Shown here: piece by piece, positions 9,086 to 19,362 of the stretch
How the letters are laid out: every line of letters starts with the position of its first letter
How positions within the stretch are numbered: position 1 is the first letter of the stretch
Assembly (NCBI GenBank): GCA_047603125.1
Contig: JBLKOU010000006.1
Span: forward strand, 1-38,749
Source: Candidatus Woesearchaeota archaeon
GTDB taxonomy: Archaea > Nanobdellota > Nanobdellia > Woesearchaeales > DATGWN01
Direction: 5' to 3'
DNA: 38,749 nt
Position numbers and translations under genes: made by a program
The notes under the pieces: model-generated
Database searches by the model: none
What the model was told of the DNA's origin: nothing
The model's input: only the letters and a program-made list of their open reading frames with translations

Positions 9086-9751
9086 ATGGCAATTATTATG
9101 ATTAATTTTAAGACATATGCAACATCTGTCGGAATAGATAGCGCACTCTTAGCAAATATTTGTAACGAAGTGGCAGATTTAACACAAAGTGATATTCGCA
9201 TTTGTGTCTCGCCAACAGATATCTATAAAGTCTCACAGCAGATACATATCCCTGTGTACTCGCAACATGTTGACGGGGTTGAGTTTGGTGCACATACGGG
9301 AAAAATTCTTGCAATTGATATAAAAGAGCATGGCGGACAGGGTTCGTTAATTAATCACAGTGAAGATCAATATTCAATTGAGCAAATTCGTAAAGCCGTA
9401 CTAGCATGTCGTGAGAGTGCTCTGACAAGCGTGGTGTGTGCAGATTCTATTGAGACAGTCAAACAAGTCATTGACTTTGAGCCTGATTGCATTGCATATG
9501 AGCCACCAGAATTAATTGGGGGGGATATTTCTGTTACGACTAAGCCTGAAGTCATTAAAGAACTCGTTCATTTAGTAAAAGAACAAAAACCAAATATGAA
9601 AATTCTTGTTGGCGCGGGTGTAAAAACCGGAAAAGATGTTGCTTTAGCAACCAAACTTGGTTGCCACGGTGTTTTGCTTGCGTCCGGTGTGACAAAATCA
9701 CCCGATCCGCATGGCGCGCTTTTGAACTTACTTAGCGGTATTCAAAAGTGA
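9086..9751 (+). CDS. tpiA: Triosephosphate isomerase (archaeal short type)
   Basis: INFKTY, YSQHVD, GAHTG, LINHSE, IAYEPPELIG, GAGV, GVLLASGV. Confidence 0.95.
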   Translation: MAIIMINFKTYATSVGIDSALLANICNEVADLTQSDIRICVSPTDIYKVSQQIHIPVYSQHVDGVEFGAHTGKILAIDIKEHGGQGSLINHSEDQYSIEQIRKAVLACRESALTSVVCADSIETVKQVIDFEPDCIAYEPPELIGGDISVTTKPEVIKELVHLVKEQKPNMKILVGAGVKTGKDVALATKLGCHGVLLASGVTKSPDPHGALLNLLSGIQK

Positions 9752-10313
9752 GTCTGTCACGAACTGTTGGGAATCCGCAATTTAGATTGACACAGCTTAT
9801 GTTAAAAGGGATATGATACCTTCCTCTCTCAATTTTTGAGCCTCTTGGGATGTTAACAACGACTACAAACGCTTCATCCCGACCAAACTCGATTGTTTGT
9901 CTGTCTGGAAAGGGGAAGATTGTTAAGTCGCTTGCTTCCCTTGGCTCTATTTCCCAGCCTAGTTCGCTCAAATTCATTTTCACATTATCTCGATAAAAAC
10001 CAGTCACTTCTGAGTGATCGACTTGAACTTGTAATGTAATATCGCTTTGGTTAATAGAATTTCTAATGACTAGACCAAAACGAAATGTTCCGATTTGATT
10101 AATTCGTTGATTTTGATCAATAATGCAATATCGTTGATTTTGACATTGAAGGCGAGAAAGGTCTTCTACGAAATTTCTTCCAAGGTCTTCCAAACTCGAA
10201 TCGGCAGCACTTAGCATAGTATTGACTATAAAGAGTCCTCCGGAGAAAACGACAATTGCTAAAATAAATGTTACAAGAAAGTTTACAGAAAGTTCTATTG
10301 CTTTTTTATTCAT
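9732..10313 (-). CDS. Class III signal-peptide (type IV pilin-like) protein
   Basis: MNKKA/IELSVNFLVTFILAIVVF prepilin-type N-terminus; SD GAGGTG upstream. Confidence 0.7.
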   Translation of the reverse strand: MNKKAIELSVNFLVTFILAIVVFSGGLFIVNTMLSAADSSLEDLGRNFVEDLSRLQCQNQRYCIIDQNQRINQIGTFRFGLVIRNSINQSDITLQVQVDHSEVTGFYRDNVKMNLSELGWEIEPREASDLTIFPFPDRQTIEFGRDEAFVVVVNIPRGSKIERGRYHIPFNISCVNLNCGFPTVRDRLTFEYR

Positions 10314-10345
10314 TCACACACCTCAAAAAAGAAAATAAAAAAAGT

Positions 10346-10576
10346 TTAGCGTATGATTTCAAACTCACGAATGAGAAGGAAAATCAATAATGCTAAGATA
10401 ACAAACCCTGATATTAAAAACCCAAGACCCTGCCATGCTAAATAGGACGGATCGACAGTGAGTTTGTAAAATCCAAGTCCTAATATGACTAGTCCTACTA
10501 AGAGGAGTTTGTCAAATACAACTTTGAATAACTCGAATTCTTCATGTTGTGTTAAACGTTTTTTCATCTTTGCCAT
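10346..10576 (-). CDS. Small two-TM membrane protein
   Basis: 76-aa ORF with two hydrophobic helices between two pilin-like genes. Confidence 0.7.
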   Translation of the reverse strand: MAKMKKRLTQHEEFELFKVVFDKLLLVGLVILGLGFYKLTVDPSYLAWQGLGFLISGFVILALLIFLLIREFEIIR

Positions 10577-10580
10577 TGTT

Positions 10581-11189
10581 CTAGGACCTCACATTCATCG
10601 TTAGTTGTATCGTTTCATAAATTTTTGGTTCCGCCCCATCTTCTAAGCAGTTTCGTAAATTAGAACTGTCTTCACAACCTGTCAAAGCACTTTGCTCTAC
10701 TGCAGCAAATGTACAAATATATGAGTTTCTTCCTATATACAACTGTCTTAAATCGGAATCACTTATGTCGATAAAAATAATAAAGCCGGAACTGGAAGAA
10801 ACATCTACTGTGGCGGGTTGCGCTCGCACTGTTGGTAGTTGGGAGGAATTAACGTAATTATCTCCTGATTGAACACTCTGACAGCTCAAAAATGTAAATG
10901 TAGTATTTTCAGCAGTAAATGTATTTCTGTTATAATATCCGATTTCGAATCGTTCTTGACCACCTGTTTTAACTTCAATATCTCGACTGAGTGTGAGGGG
11001 TCTATCAGCACTTGGAGGTTGTCCTAAATCTCCGATATCTATTTCGCCCACTGTTCCTCCAGCAATGTCAAAAATCATATTTGTCAATGTCAAACCAAGC
11101 CCGAGCATCACAAACGCCAGAACAACAACAACGATGGCATTAATCGATAAACTCATCGAACCTTTTGTAAATTGTAATTTTTGTTTCAT
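10581..11189 (-). CDS. Class III signal-peptide (pilin-like) protein
   Basis: TKGS/MSLSINAIVVVVLAFVMLGLGL N-terminus, followed by a beta-rich extracellular region. Confidence 0.65.
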   Translation of the reverse strand: MKQKLQFTKGSMSLSINAIVVVVLAFVMLGLGLTLTNMIFDIAGGTVGEIDIGDLGQPPSADRPLTLSRDIEVKTGGQERFEIGYYNRNTFTAENTTFTFLSCQSVQSGDNYVNSSQLPTVRAQPATVDVSSSSGFIIFIDISDSDLRQLYIGRNSYICTFAAVEQSALTGCEDSSNLRNCLEDGAEPKIYETIQLTMNVRS

Positions 11190-11339
11190 GTATTGTCAAC
11201 CTCTTTTGTGTAAATATACTTAAATAGTATACAAATTGCCATACTGATTTATAAATATTGCGACATTGGGCGCGAAACATTTATATATCAAAACAAAACA
11301 CAACTAGAACATAACCAATTATTCTTTGGGGTAGAAATT

Positions 11340-11969
11340 ATGACAGAACAAGTCAAAACTGGAACAACAACTATAGGTATTGTCTGCTCGGATGGTATAG
11401 TCATTGCTGCAGATAAGCGAGCAACGGCAGGTAATTTTATTGCACGATCTGATATTGAAAAAGTCATTCCAATCAATGACACAATGGTTTTAACAATCGC
11501 AGGTGTTGTTTCAGACGCACAGAAATTCATTAAGTATATCAAAGCTGAAACACGGCTTAATGAATTACAAAAAAGTCGAAAAAACACACCTAAAGAAGTT
11601 GCAAATCTAATTGGAAACCTCACATATGGTTACTTACGATACCAAGGAGCAATCACACACTTTTTGTTTGCGGCAAAGGGATTAAATGGTGATTATGAGC
11701 TCTATGACATTACACCCGATGGTGTTGTCTGGAAAATTGATACATATGTTTCAAGTGGCAGCGGAAGTATCTTTGCATTGAGTGTATTAGATGATCAGTA
11801 TAAAAAAGGATTGAGCATTCAAGATGGTCTCAAGCTTGTCAAACAAGCAATTAATGCGGCGCTTCGACGAGACAGTGCATCTGGAAATGGTGCGGATATC
11901 TACACAATTACAGAACAAGGCGTCAAACATGAACAAACGGTAACCGTTTCAACTGAGTTACCACAATAA
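11340..11969 (+). CDS. psmB: Proteasome beta subunit
   Basis: Propeptide ending KTG/TTTIG, AADKRAT, SGSGS, RRDSASG. Confidence 0.95.
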   Translation: MTEQVKTGTTTIGIVCSDGIVIAADKRATAGNFIARSDIEKVIPINDTMVLTIAGVVSDAQKFIKYIKAETRLNELQKSRKNTPKEVANLIGNLTYGYLRYQGAITHFLFAAKGLNGDYELYDITPDGVVWKIDTYVSSGSGSIFALSVLDDQYKKGLSIQDGLKLVKQAINAALRRDSASGNGADIYTITEQGVKHEQTVTVSTELPQ

Positions 11970-11976
11970 TATTCAG

Positions 11977-13881
11977 ATGAGTTCTCAAGAAATAATCAAG
12001 GAAATTCTCAAAAAACTTCCGGACAACCTCATAAGTCAGGCGGTTTTTGAAGGAGCAAACATTGTCTTATATACTAAGGATGAGCAGTTTTACATAAATG
12101 AACAACAAAAAATTAAAGATATTGTTAATACGATAAAAAAACGAATTGAGCTGCGCCCCGATCCTGATGTCTGCATGAATCAAGAAAAAGCAAAAGACAT
12201 TATTACAAAACTCATGCCTGATGATGCAGAGCATGGAAATATCATTTTTGATCCAAGAAGAAGTATTGTTATCATTGAATCTGAAAAGCCTGGCCAGATT
12301 GTAGGAAAATCAAAAGGAATTTTACAACAAATTAGAGAACAGACACTTTGGGTGCCGACAATTCGACGAACGCCAATTATACGAAGTCAGATTACTGAAG
12401 ATATTCGAAGTGTTTTGTATGAGAACTCGGACGAGCGACGAAAATTCTTGCATAAAACTGGTGAACGAATTTACAATGGGTGGATTCGTGGAAAAAAAGA
12501 AGGATGGATTCGCATGAGTTATCTAGGAAGTGGTCGCCAAGTTGGACGAAGTTGTTTATTATTACAAACAAATGAATCGCGTATTTTACTTGATTGCGGT
12601 GTTGATCCTTCAGGAACAGAGGATGCTTATCCAATGCTTGAAGCGCCAGAATTTAAATTAGAAGATATTGATGCAATCATTGTCTCACACGCACATTTAG
12701 ATCATGTTGGTTTTTTACCCTATCTCTTTAAGTTTGGATATAGGGGTCCTGTATATTGTACGGAACCAACGCGGGACATTATGGCACTTTCATTAATAGA
12801 TTATGTGAAAATTCAAAATATGGAAAATGAAAAACCACTCTTTTCTATGGATGACATTCGTGAATTGATAAAACATACTATTTCATTAAATTATGAGGAA
12901 GTAACTGATATTACGCCCGATGTACGTATTACACTTCATAACGCGGGGCATATTTTAGGTTCTGCGGTGACACATCTTCATGTAGGCAATGGTCTTCATA
13001 ATATCGTGTATACGGCAGATATTAAGTATGGAAAAACACGACTACTTGATCCTGCAATTAATAAATTTACACGCTGTGAAACGATGCTTGTAGAAGCAAC
13101 ATATGGTGGAAAGACAAATTCGCTTCCAGGAAGGGAAGAAGCAGAACAGGAGTTTGCAGATATTATTAAACACACTGTTGAGCAGAAAAAAGGAAAAGTG
13201 CTCGTTCCAGTCTTAGGTGTAGGGCGTGCACAAGAAATTATGCTTATTTTAGAAAACCTTGTTCGTGAAGGGAAACTACAAGAAATCCCGGTTTATATCG
13301 ATGGGATGGTCTGGGATATGACTGCGATTCATACGGCATACCCTGAATACTTAAATGCGCAGGTTCGAAAACAAATTTTTCAAAAAGATACGAATCCATT
13401 CTTGCATACAATGTTTAAGCGTGTCGGTTCTTACAAAGAACGAATGGATTTAATTCAAAATGAAGGTCCTTGTGTTATCCTTGCAACGAGTGGTATGCTT
13501 GTAGGTGGTGCATCAGTTCAGTATTTCAAACATTTAGCTGAAGATAAAAAGCACAGTCTTGTATTTGTTTCCTATCAGGGTGAAGGTTCACTTGGTCGAC
13601 GTGTTCAACGCGGTGAAAAAATCATTACGGTGGCAAGTGGTGGTTCTAAACCAGAGCAGCTTGATATTAAAATGGAGCTGTTTACGTTAGATGCATTTAC
13701 AGGACACAGTGACCGAACAGAATTGATGAATTATATTAAACGATGTAATCCTATGCCTCGACGTGTACTCACAAATCACGGAGAAATTACGCGGTGTTTG
13801 GATTTAGCAGCAAGCATACATAGGAGTTATCGTATAGAAACAATGGCGCCAAAGAATCTGGATGCTGTTCGTTTGCGCTGA
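11977..13881 (+). CDS. fttA: Beta-CASP ribonuclease aCPSF1 (transcription termination factor FttA)
   Basis: N-terminal KH region, GRSC, SHAHLDH, NAGHILGS, ATSGML, FTGHSDR, NHGE; conserved adjacency to psmB. Confidence 0.95.
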   Translation: MSSQEIIKEILKKLPDNLISQAVFEGANIVLYTKDEQFYINEQQKIKDIVNTIKKRIELRPDPDVCMNQEKAKDIITKLMPDDAEHGNIIFDPRRSIVIIESEKPGQIVGKSKGILQQIREQTLWVPTIRRTPIIRSQITEDIRSVLYENSDERRKFLHKTGERIYNGWIRGKKEGWIRMSYLGSGRQVGRSCLLLQTNESRILLDCGVDPSGTEDAYPMLEAPEFKLEDIDAIIVSHAHLDHVGFLPYLFKFGYRGPVYCTEPTRDIMALSLIDYVKIQNMENEKPLFSMDDIRELIKHTISLNYEEVTDITPDVRITLHNAGHILGSAVTHLHVGNGLHNIVYTADIKYGKTRLLDPAINKFTRCETMLVEATYGGKTNSLPGREEAEQEFADIIKHTVEQKKGKVLVPVLGVGRAQEIMLILENLVREGKLQEIPVYIDGMVWDMTAIHTAYPEYLNAQVRKQIFQKDTNPFLHTMFKRVGSYKERMDLIQNEGPCVILATSGMLVGGASVQYFKHLAEDKKHSLVFVSYQGEGSLGRRVQRGEKIITVASGGSKPEQLDIKMELFTLDAFTGHSDRTELMNYIKRCNPMPRRVLTNHGEITRCLDLAASIHRSYRIETMAPKNLDAVRLR

Positions 13882-13999
13882 TTGCTTAGGTTTTTGTGAT
13901 GATTCTTGTATTTACGTAAGCAATAGTGTTTATTGAGAGTTTCGCGGGTATAATACCTCGGACTTTTGTTATTACAAAATTCTCACACATTTTCACAAC

Positions 14000-14194
14000 G
14001 GATTTGTGTAAAAAATTGAAATTTTATTTTACAGCAATATTACGATTGATTCGGACTCGCGTATCTTGCCGACGAGGCGCTGCATATTTTCGGATTTTCA
14101 TCCTCAAGTTTGAAAGAAGCTTTCAAGCAATCGCGCCATGTCGTAATAGTGCATCAAGGTAATATTGCTTATTTTTTTTAATTTACACAAACCT
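14000..14194 (-). mobile_element. MITE-like element, family B, copy B1
   Basis: Near-identical reverse complement of 27704-27901; imperfect TIRs GGATTTGTGTAAA / TTTACACAAACCT; flanked by TTTCACAAC at 13991-13999 and 14195-14203. Confidence 0.85.
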
Positions 14195-14203
14195 TTTCAC
14201 AAC

Positions 14204-14356
14204 GGCTTCATCCAATAATTGTTTTCAAAAAAGAGCACGCAGATTTTGCTCAAGAGTCCCGCTTTGAGAAGTATGCGAAAATTTAGTTGCAGACAATCAC
14301 TAAATTCTCTGATTTTACTGCAAGGTGCTCTTTTTTCTTATTTATTGGATGAAGCC
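14204..14356 (-). mobile_element. MITE-like element, family A, copy A2 (best preserved)
   Basis: Perfect 15-bp TIR GGCTTCATCCAATAA / TTATTGGATGAAGCC; perfect 9-bp direct repeat TTTCACAAC at 14195-14203 and 14357-14365. Confidence 0.9.
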
Positions 14357-14404
14357 TTTCACAACCAAACATTTATAAACCCCTAATAAATCACACATAT
14401 AATT

Positions 14405-15637
14405 ATGAATTTTTATGAACTTGGATTATCAGATTCTATCTGTCAAAAATTAGAACAATACAACATCACCGAACCAACGCGTATACAAGAGCAAGTTATC
14501 TCTCAAGTATTAAAAGGAAGGGACATACTTGCCCAATCAGCAACAGGTTCGGGTAAAACAATTGCATTTGGTGGGCCGATCATTGATATGATTGGAACAA
14601 ATAAACAACCAATGCAAGCACTTATTTTAGCTCCGACAAGAGAACTTGCCGAACAAATTAAACAGAGTTTGCAAACATTAACCAAAATTCCTATTTGTAC
14701 AGTTTATGGCGGTGTAGGATATCAACCACAAATTGATGGATTACGACGCTCGCCAATTGTTGTTGCAACGCCAGGTCGATTTATTGACTTGCTTGAGCAA
14801 GGACATGTGCAAACTGAAAATTTAAAGCAATTTGTTTTAGATGAAGCGGACCGTATGCTTGACATGGGTTTTTTTCCAGACATTGAGAAAATTATATCAT
14901 ATTTGCCTGAGAAAAAATTTCAAGCGATGTGTTTTTCAGCAACATACCCTCCTCAGATTACTGGATTAACAAAGAAAATTCTCACAGAACCATTCTCTGC
15001 TAAAGGAACACCGCAAGTAGATCCGACAAAATTAAAGCAGTACTATTATGAAGTGCCCCAAAATTTGAAATTTTCATTGCTTGTGCACTTATTAGAAAAA
15101 GAACATGCGGGTTCAGCAATGGTTTTTACAAACTCAAAACGTATGGCCGATATGCTTGCGTCTCAATTAAAGACAAAGAACATAAAAGCATCTGCGATAC
15201 ATGGTGGTCTTACACAGGCAAAAAGAAAACATATTTTAGAACAATTTCAAAAGCAAAAAACATTTGCGCTTATTTGTACAGATGTTGCAGCTCGTGGACT
15301 TGATATTCCTGATGTTTCCCATGTCTATAATTATGATATTCCTGCGGATTCTAAGCAATATATTCATAGAATCGGCCGAACAGCACGTGCTGGAAAGGAT
15401 GGTATGGCAGTAAGTATACTTGCTCAAAGAGATTATGAGAATTTTGATAAAATACTCCAATTTGAGCGTGTGAAAGTAGACGTTTTGGAACGACCGTATT
15501 TGCAAAAAGAGCATCTTCCAAGTACGCCATCTCGAGATTCACCACGTGGTGGAGATCGTCAAAGAGGTTCTCGACGACCACCCCAAAGGTCAAATAATAA
15601 TCGTGGTTCATATCGACGTCAAAGCAATCGTCGGTAA
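14405..15637 (+). CDS. DEAD-box RNA helicase
   Basis: ATGSGKT, LAPTRELA, TPGR, DEAD, SAT, ARGLD, HRIGRTAR; Arg/Gly/Ser-rich tail. Confidence 0.95.
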   Translation: MNFYELGLSDSICQKLEQYNITEPTRIQEQVISQVLKGRDILAQSATGSGKTIAFGGPIIDMIGTNKQPMQALILAPTRELAEQIKQSLQTLTKIPICTVYGGVGYQPQIDGLRRSPIVVATPGRFIDLLEQGHVQTENLKQFVLDEADRMLDMGFFPDIEKIISYLPEKKFQAMCFSATYPPQITGLTKKILTEPFSAKGTPQVDPTKLKQYYYEVPQNLKFSLLVHLLEKEHAGSAMVFTNSKRMADMLASQLKTKNIKASAIHGGLTQAKRKHILEQFQKQKTFALICTDVAARGLDIPDVSHVYNYDIPADSKQYIHRIGRTARAGKDGMAVSILAQRDYENFDKILQFERVKVDVLERPYLQKEHLPSTPSRDSPRGGDRQRGSRRPPQRSNNNRGSYRRQSNRR

Positions 15638-15703
15638 TTTTGCTATCTACTTTAATGCCTTTTTTTGGCAAATTTTTTTAAACAGTGCACTTATGTTCAT
15701 AGT

Positions 15704-16177
15704 ATGGGATTGGATGTAAAGAAGTATCTTAAACAAATAAACATTTCTTTTATAGTATTCACTCATCCACCAGTCTATACTGTTGAGCAAGCAAAGGAGT
15801 GTAGCAAAGATATAAGAGGAGTACATTCTAAAAATTTGTTTCTCAAAAACAAACATTCTACAAAATTTTATCTTGTGATAATTCCTGACGATCAAAAAGC
15901 GAATATGAAAGAACTTGGGTTTTTAGCAGGAGATTCGTTAACATTTGCAAGTGAGCGTAATTTAAAAGACGTTCTTGGGTTAACGCCGGGTGCAGTTTCA
16001 CCATTTGGTTTGATTAATAACAAAGACAATGCTGTGGAATTGCTTATTCATAAAGCAATATGGGAATCGAAATATTTGAGCTTTCATCCCAACATAAACA
16101 CAGAAACTTTGGAGCTTAAAGGTGAAGATTTTCATAGATTCGTTGAATTACTGGGGATAAAGTATTATATAGTTTAA
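15704..16177 (+). CDS. YbaK/ProX-family aminoacyl-tRNA editing deacylase (PrdX-like)
   Basis: HPPVYTVE, SKNLFLK, LTFAS, LGLTPGAVSPFGL, FHPNIN. Confidence 0.9.
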   Translation: MGLDVKKYLKQINISFIVFTHPPVYTVEQAKECSKDIRGVHSKNLFLKNKHSTKFYLVIIPDDQKANMKELGFLAGDSLTFASERNLKDVLGLTPGAVSPFGLINNKDNAVELLIHKAIWESKYLSFHPNINTETLELKGEDFHRFVELLGIKYYIV

Positions 16178-16191
16178 AAGTTCGCTGTTGT

Positions 16192-18888
16192 TTATCTTCG
16201 TGTATGGAACGGATCTGTTTTTTTCATTTCTTCAAATTCTATTTTGAGAATCATTTTCTTGAATTCCACAAAGATGAGAATACTCAGTGAAATCAAAAAG
16301 CAGACAAACCATTGATATCCGGTTAATGGAACAGTTCCTAATATTGCATTGAAAAAAGGTATCTGGACAGCGATGATGGTACTGACAACTGCAATTGCAA
16401 CACCTGCCAGTAAATAGAGATTTGTAAACGGATTTAAGTCGATGATGGATTCATTCCAGCTTCGTGCATTAAATGCATGCAGGGACATAAATAAGATAAT
16501 GGTGACAAAGAGAAGTGTTTGTGCGTGTTCTAAATCACCAACAGTAACAGCCCAAGTGTAGAGAAGAATAGAACTTAAAACAATTAACGGTACAAGACTA
16601 ATCACATTCATCCATAAATATGGACTTAAGATACCTTCTTTTGGATCTCGAGGTCGCTGTTTCATTGTGTGCGGATGTGGTTTTTCAAAACTGAGTCCAA
16701 TAGCTGGAAATTCATTTGTAATGAGATTAATAAACAAAACCATGAGTGCGGTGAGCGGAAGAACTGTTGAGCCAACAAGACTTGAAATTAAGAGGATGAG
16801 AAGGACAGAAAAATTTCCTACAAGTAAATAATACATGAACTTTCGAATATTCTCATAAATTGTTCGTCCATATTCAACTGCGCGAGCGATTGTTGCAAAA
16901 TTATCATCTTTAAGAACAAGTTCTGATGCTTCTTTTGCAACATCTGTTCCGGAGCGACCCATAGCAATACCGATGTCTGATTTTTTAAGAGCTGGCGCAT
17001 CATTAACACCATCACCAGTCATTGCAACGACATGTCCGCGTTTTTGAAGGACTTGGACGATTTTTAGTTTATGTGCAGGTGTAACCCGTGCAAAAACACT
17101 GACGCGATCAACAAGTGATTCAAGTGTGTGCATATCGTACTCATCAAGTTGTTTTCCTGTTAAAATGATATCATTTGCTTGAAATATTCCTACTTCTGCG
17201 GCAATAGATTTGGCAGTAACCTCATTGTCTCCAGTAATCATAACAACGCGAATACCGGCTTGCTGACATTCGAGGATGGCATCTCTGGCAGTCGGTTCTG
17301 GCGGATCACGAATAGCGACAAGACCGACTAATATTAATTGTTCTTCTGTTTGTTTTGTTGTATAATTTTTTGCAGATTTGAGTGGTTTATATGCGAGTGC
17401 AAGAACGCGAAGCCCCTGAATTGCAAATCGCTGGTTGGCTTCTTGAAAGTCGTGGAGTTGTACTTTGGTTAAAGGAACGATTCGTCCGTTTTTATACATC
17501 TTTGTTGATTTTTGTAAGATAACTTCGGGTGCTCCTTTAACAAATGAATGAACACCTTTTCCTTCTTTGACAACAACACTCATACATTTTTTTGTGGAAT
17601 TAAACGTAAATTCTTTGAGACGTTCTCCCGAACCTTTTTGATAGCGCGCTTTTTTTGCAGCGACAATAAGTGCACATTCGGTGGGTTCTCCATCAGGTAT
17701 CCATTGGTCCTCTTCGTATTTTACATCACTATTATTACAATGCGTCGCTGTTTCAAAGAGTTTTAACAATGTTTTATTTTTTTGTGGATGAACAATTGAT
17801 CCTCGTTGTGTAAAGGAACCTTCCGGTGTATATCCATCTCCTGAAACATCATACTCGCCACTTCCTGTAAATATGTGGTGCACAACCATTTTATTTTGTG
17901 TAATTGTTCCTGTTTTATCCGAGCAAATAACACTGCACGTTCCAAGCGTTTCAACTGCAGGAATTTTTTTTACGATGGCATTTTGTGAAGCCATCTTTCG
18001 AACACCAGTGGCAAGTGTGATTGCAACAACCATTGGAAGACTCTCAGGGATTGCCGCAACAATGATTGCCATAGAAAAAATAAGCATGGTTGGTAGATCA
18101 AAACCATTGTATAAACCAATAAATAAAATACCGATGGAAATACAAATGGCAATAAGGGATATTTGCTTTGTTAATTTATCAAGACGCCTTTGCAAAACTG
18201 TTTTTGTTTGCTCGACATTTTTGAGCAGTGTTGAAATTTTTCCAAATTCTGTCTTCTCTCCAATTTGAACGACAACTGCAAGTCCACTTCCTGCAGTGAT
18301 ATGTGTGCCTGAGAAGACCATATTATGTTGTTCTGATAATGACACTTGTTCAGTAATTGGTTTATTGTGTTTTGTTACAGGAACGGACTCTCCTGTGAGT
18401 GCGGATTCATCCACTTGCAATTCATTTGCAAGAATAAGTCGTGCATCTGCAGGAACAAAACCGCCCCGTGTAAGAACGATAATATCGCCCACTGTCACCT
18501 CCTTTGCTAAAATCTCTTGGCGCTTTCCATCACGAATGACTTTGGTCATTTTGGGTGTCATTTCAAGAAGTGCTTCCATGGATTTAGACGCGCCATATTC
18601 CATTGCAAAGTTGAGCAAAACAATAAAAGCGATGATAATAAGTAAAACAATTGTTTCTATATAATGACTTTGTATATACGTAATTCCTACAGCGATAAGT
18701 AAAATCCACACAATTGAAGAACCAAATTGCTCGAAAAATAACCAGAGAAGCGATTTCTTTTTTGTTTTGACAAATTCATTCAATCCGTATTTTGCTTGTC
18801 TAGTGGGTGCATCTTTAATGCCATCTTGATTTGTTTGGAGCTCAGAATAGACTTGCTCAACAGTCTTTTGATAGTAATGATCACCCAT
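16192..18888 (-). CDS. Type II cation-transporting P-type ATPase
   Basis: LTGES, IPESLP, CSDKTGT, KGAPE, MITGDN, TGDGVNDAPALK. Confidence 0.92.
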   Translation of the reverse strand: MGDHYYQKTVEQVYSELQTNQDGIKDAPTRQAKYGLNEFVKTKKKSLLWLFFEQFGSSIVWILLIAVGITYIQSHYIETIVLLIIIAFIVLLNFAMEYGASKSMEALLEMTPKMTKVIRDGKRQEILAKEVTVGDIIVLTRGGFVPADARLILANELQVDESALTGESVPVTKHNKPITEQVSLSEQHNMVFSGTHITAGSGLAVVVQIGEKTEFGKISTLLKNVEQTKTVLQRRLDKLTKQISLIAICISIGILFIGLYNGFDLPTMLIFSMAIIVAAIPESLPMVVAITLATGVRKMASQNAIVKKIPAVETLGTCSVICSDKTGTITQNKMVVHHIFTGSGEYDVSGDGYTPEGSFTQRGSIVHPQKNKTLLKLFETATHCNNSDVKYEEDQWIPDGEPTECALIVAAKKARYQKGSGERLKEFTFNSTKKCMSVVVKEGKGVHSFVKGAPEVILQKSTKMYKNGRIVPLTKVQLHDFQEANQRFAIQGLRVLALAYKPLKSAKNYTTKQTEEQLILVGLVAIRDPPEPTARDAILECQQAGIRVVMITGDNEVTAKSIAAEVGIFQANDIILTGKQLDEYDMHTLESLVDRVSVFARVTPAHKLKIVQVLQKRGHVVAMTGDGVNDAPALKKSDIGIAMGRSGTDVAKEASELVLKDDNFATIARAVEYGRTIYENIRKFMYYLLVGNFSVLLILLISSLVGSTVLPLTALMVLFINLITNEFPAIGLSFEKPHPHTMKQRPRDPKEGILSPYLWMNVISLVPLIVLSSILLYTWAVTVGDLEHAQTLLFVTIILFMSLHAFNARSWNESIIDLNPFTNLYLLAGVAIAVVSTIIAVQIPFFNAILGTVPLTGYQWFVCFLISLSILIFVEFKKMILKIEFEEMKKTDPFHTRR

Positions 18889-18934
18889 AACGAATTTAGA
18901 CCACTCTTCCTTTAAAAATACTTATAACTATCCT

Positions 18935-19324
18935 TTAGTGATGATAAGTGTGCATGTTTTTTGTCTTTGTTTGATCGCTCACGCCTCGTACTTCTAATTG
19001 GAAGCTGGTTATTGTTCCAGGAATAATTTTTTTTAAAAAATCAAGTGAATCCACATCAAAATGAATAATTTTTCCCGATTTTTCACAGATATAATGACAA
19101 TGATTTTTCTGTTTAGAATAGATTGTTCGCCGGTTGCATTGATATGCGTGTAAGTGTTTTTCATTTGCCTGTTCTTTTAAAAATCGATACACTGTTGCAA
19201 GGCCGATTTCTGAATCTTTTTTACGGGCTCTCTCAAGAACATCTTCAGCATTAAAGAATTCTTTAAATGAAGCAATGGTTGTCTGTAATAATTCTTTTTG
19301 TCGTGTTTGTCTGGATTTTGCCAT
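18935..19324 (-). CDS. Fur/Zur-family metal-responsive repressor
   Basis: RQTRQK...AEDV...IGLATVYRFL...HCHYICEKSGKI...LEVRG; SD GAGGTG before ATG 19324. Confidence 0.88.
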   Translation of the reverse strand: MAKSRQTRQKELLQTTIASFKEFFNAEDVLERARKKDSEIGLATVYRFLKEQANEKHLHAYQCNRRTIYSKQKNHCHYICEKSGKIIHFDVDSLDFLKKIIPGTITSFQLEVRGVSDQTKTKNMHTYHH

Positions 19325-19343
19325 GATAATCACACCTCTTAAT

Positions 19344-19362
19344 GATAATGAAAATCATTAAC
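19344..19362. promoter_or_regulatory. Fur-family operator (Fur box)
   Basis: GATAATGAAAATCATTAAC matches the classical Fur box GATAATGATAATCATTATC at 17/19; lies within the larger palindrome 19341-19365 and abuts TATA 19364-19371 between fur and the divergent operon. Confidence 0.85.

Noticed and set aside
13882..13990. Possible C/D box sRNA or structured RNA after fttA (GTGATGA; TTGCTTA/TAAGCAA)
   Set aside because: No matching CTGA D box at a suitable distance; the short AT-rich stems could be chance.
13991..14365. CRISPR array
   Set aside because: The repeat is only 9 bp, the intervening units are 153-195 bp multicopy elements, and there are no cas genes; better explained as target-site duplications.
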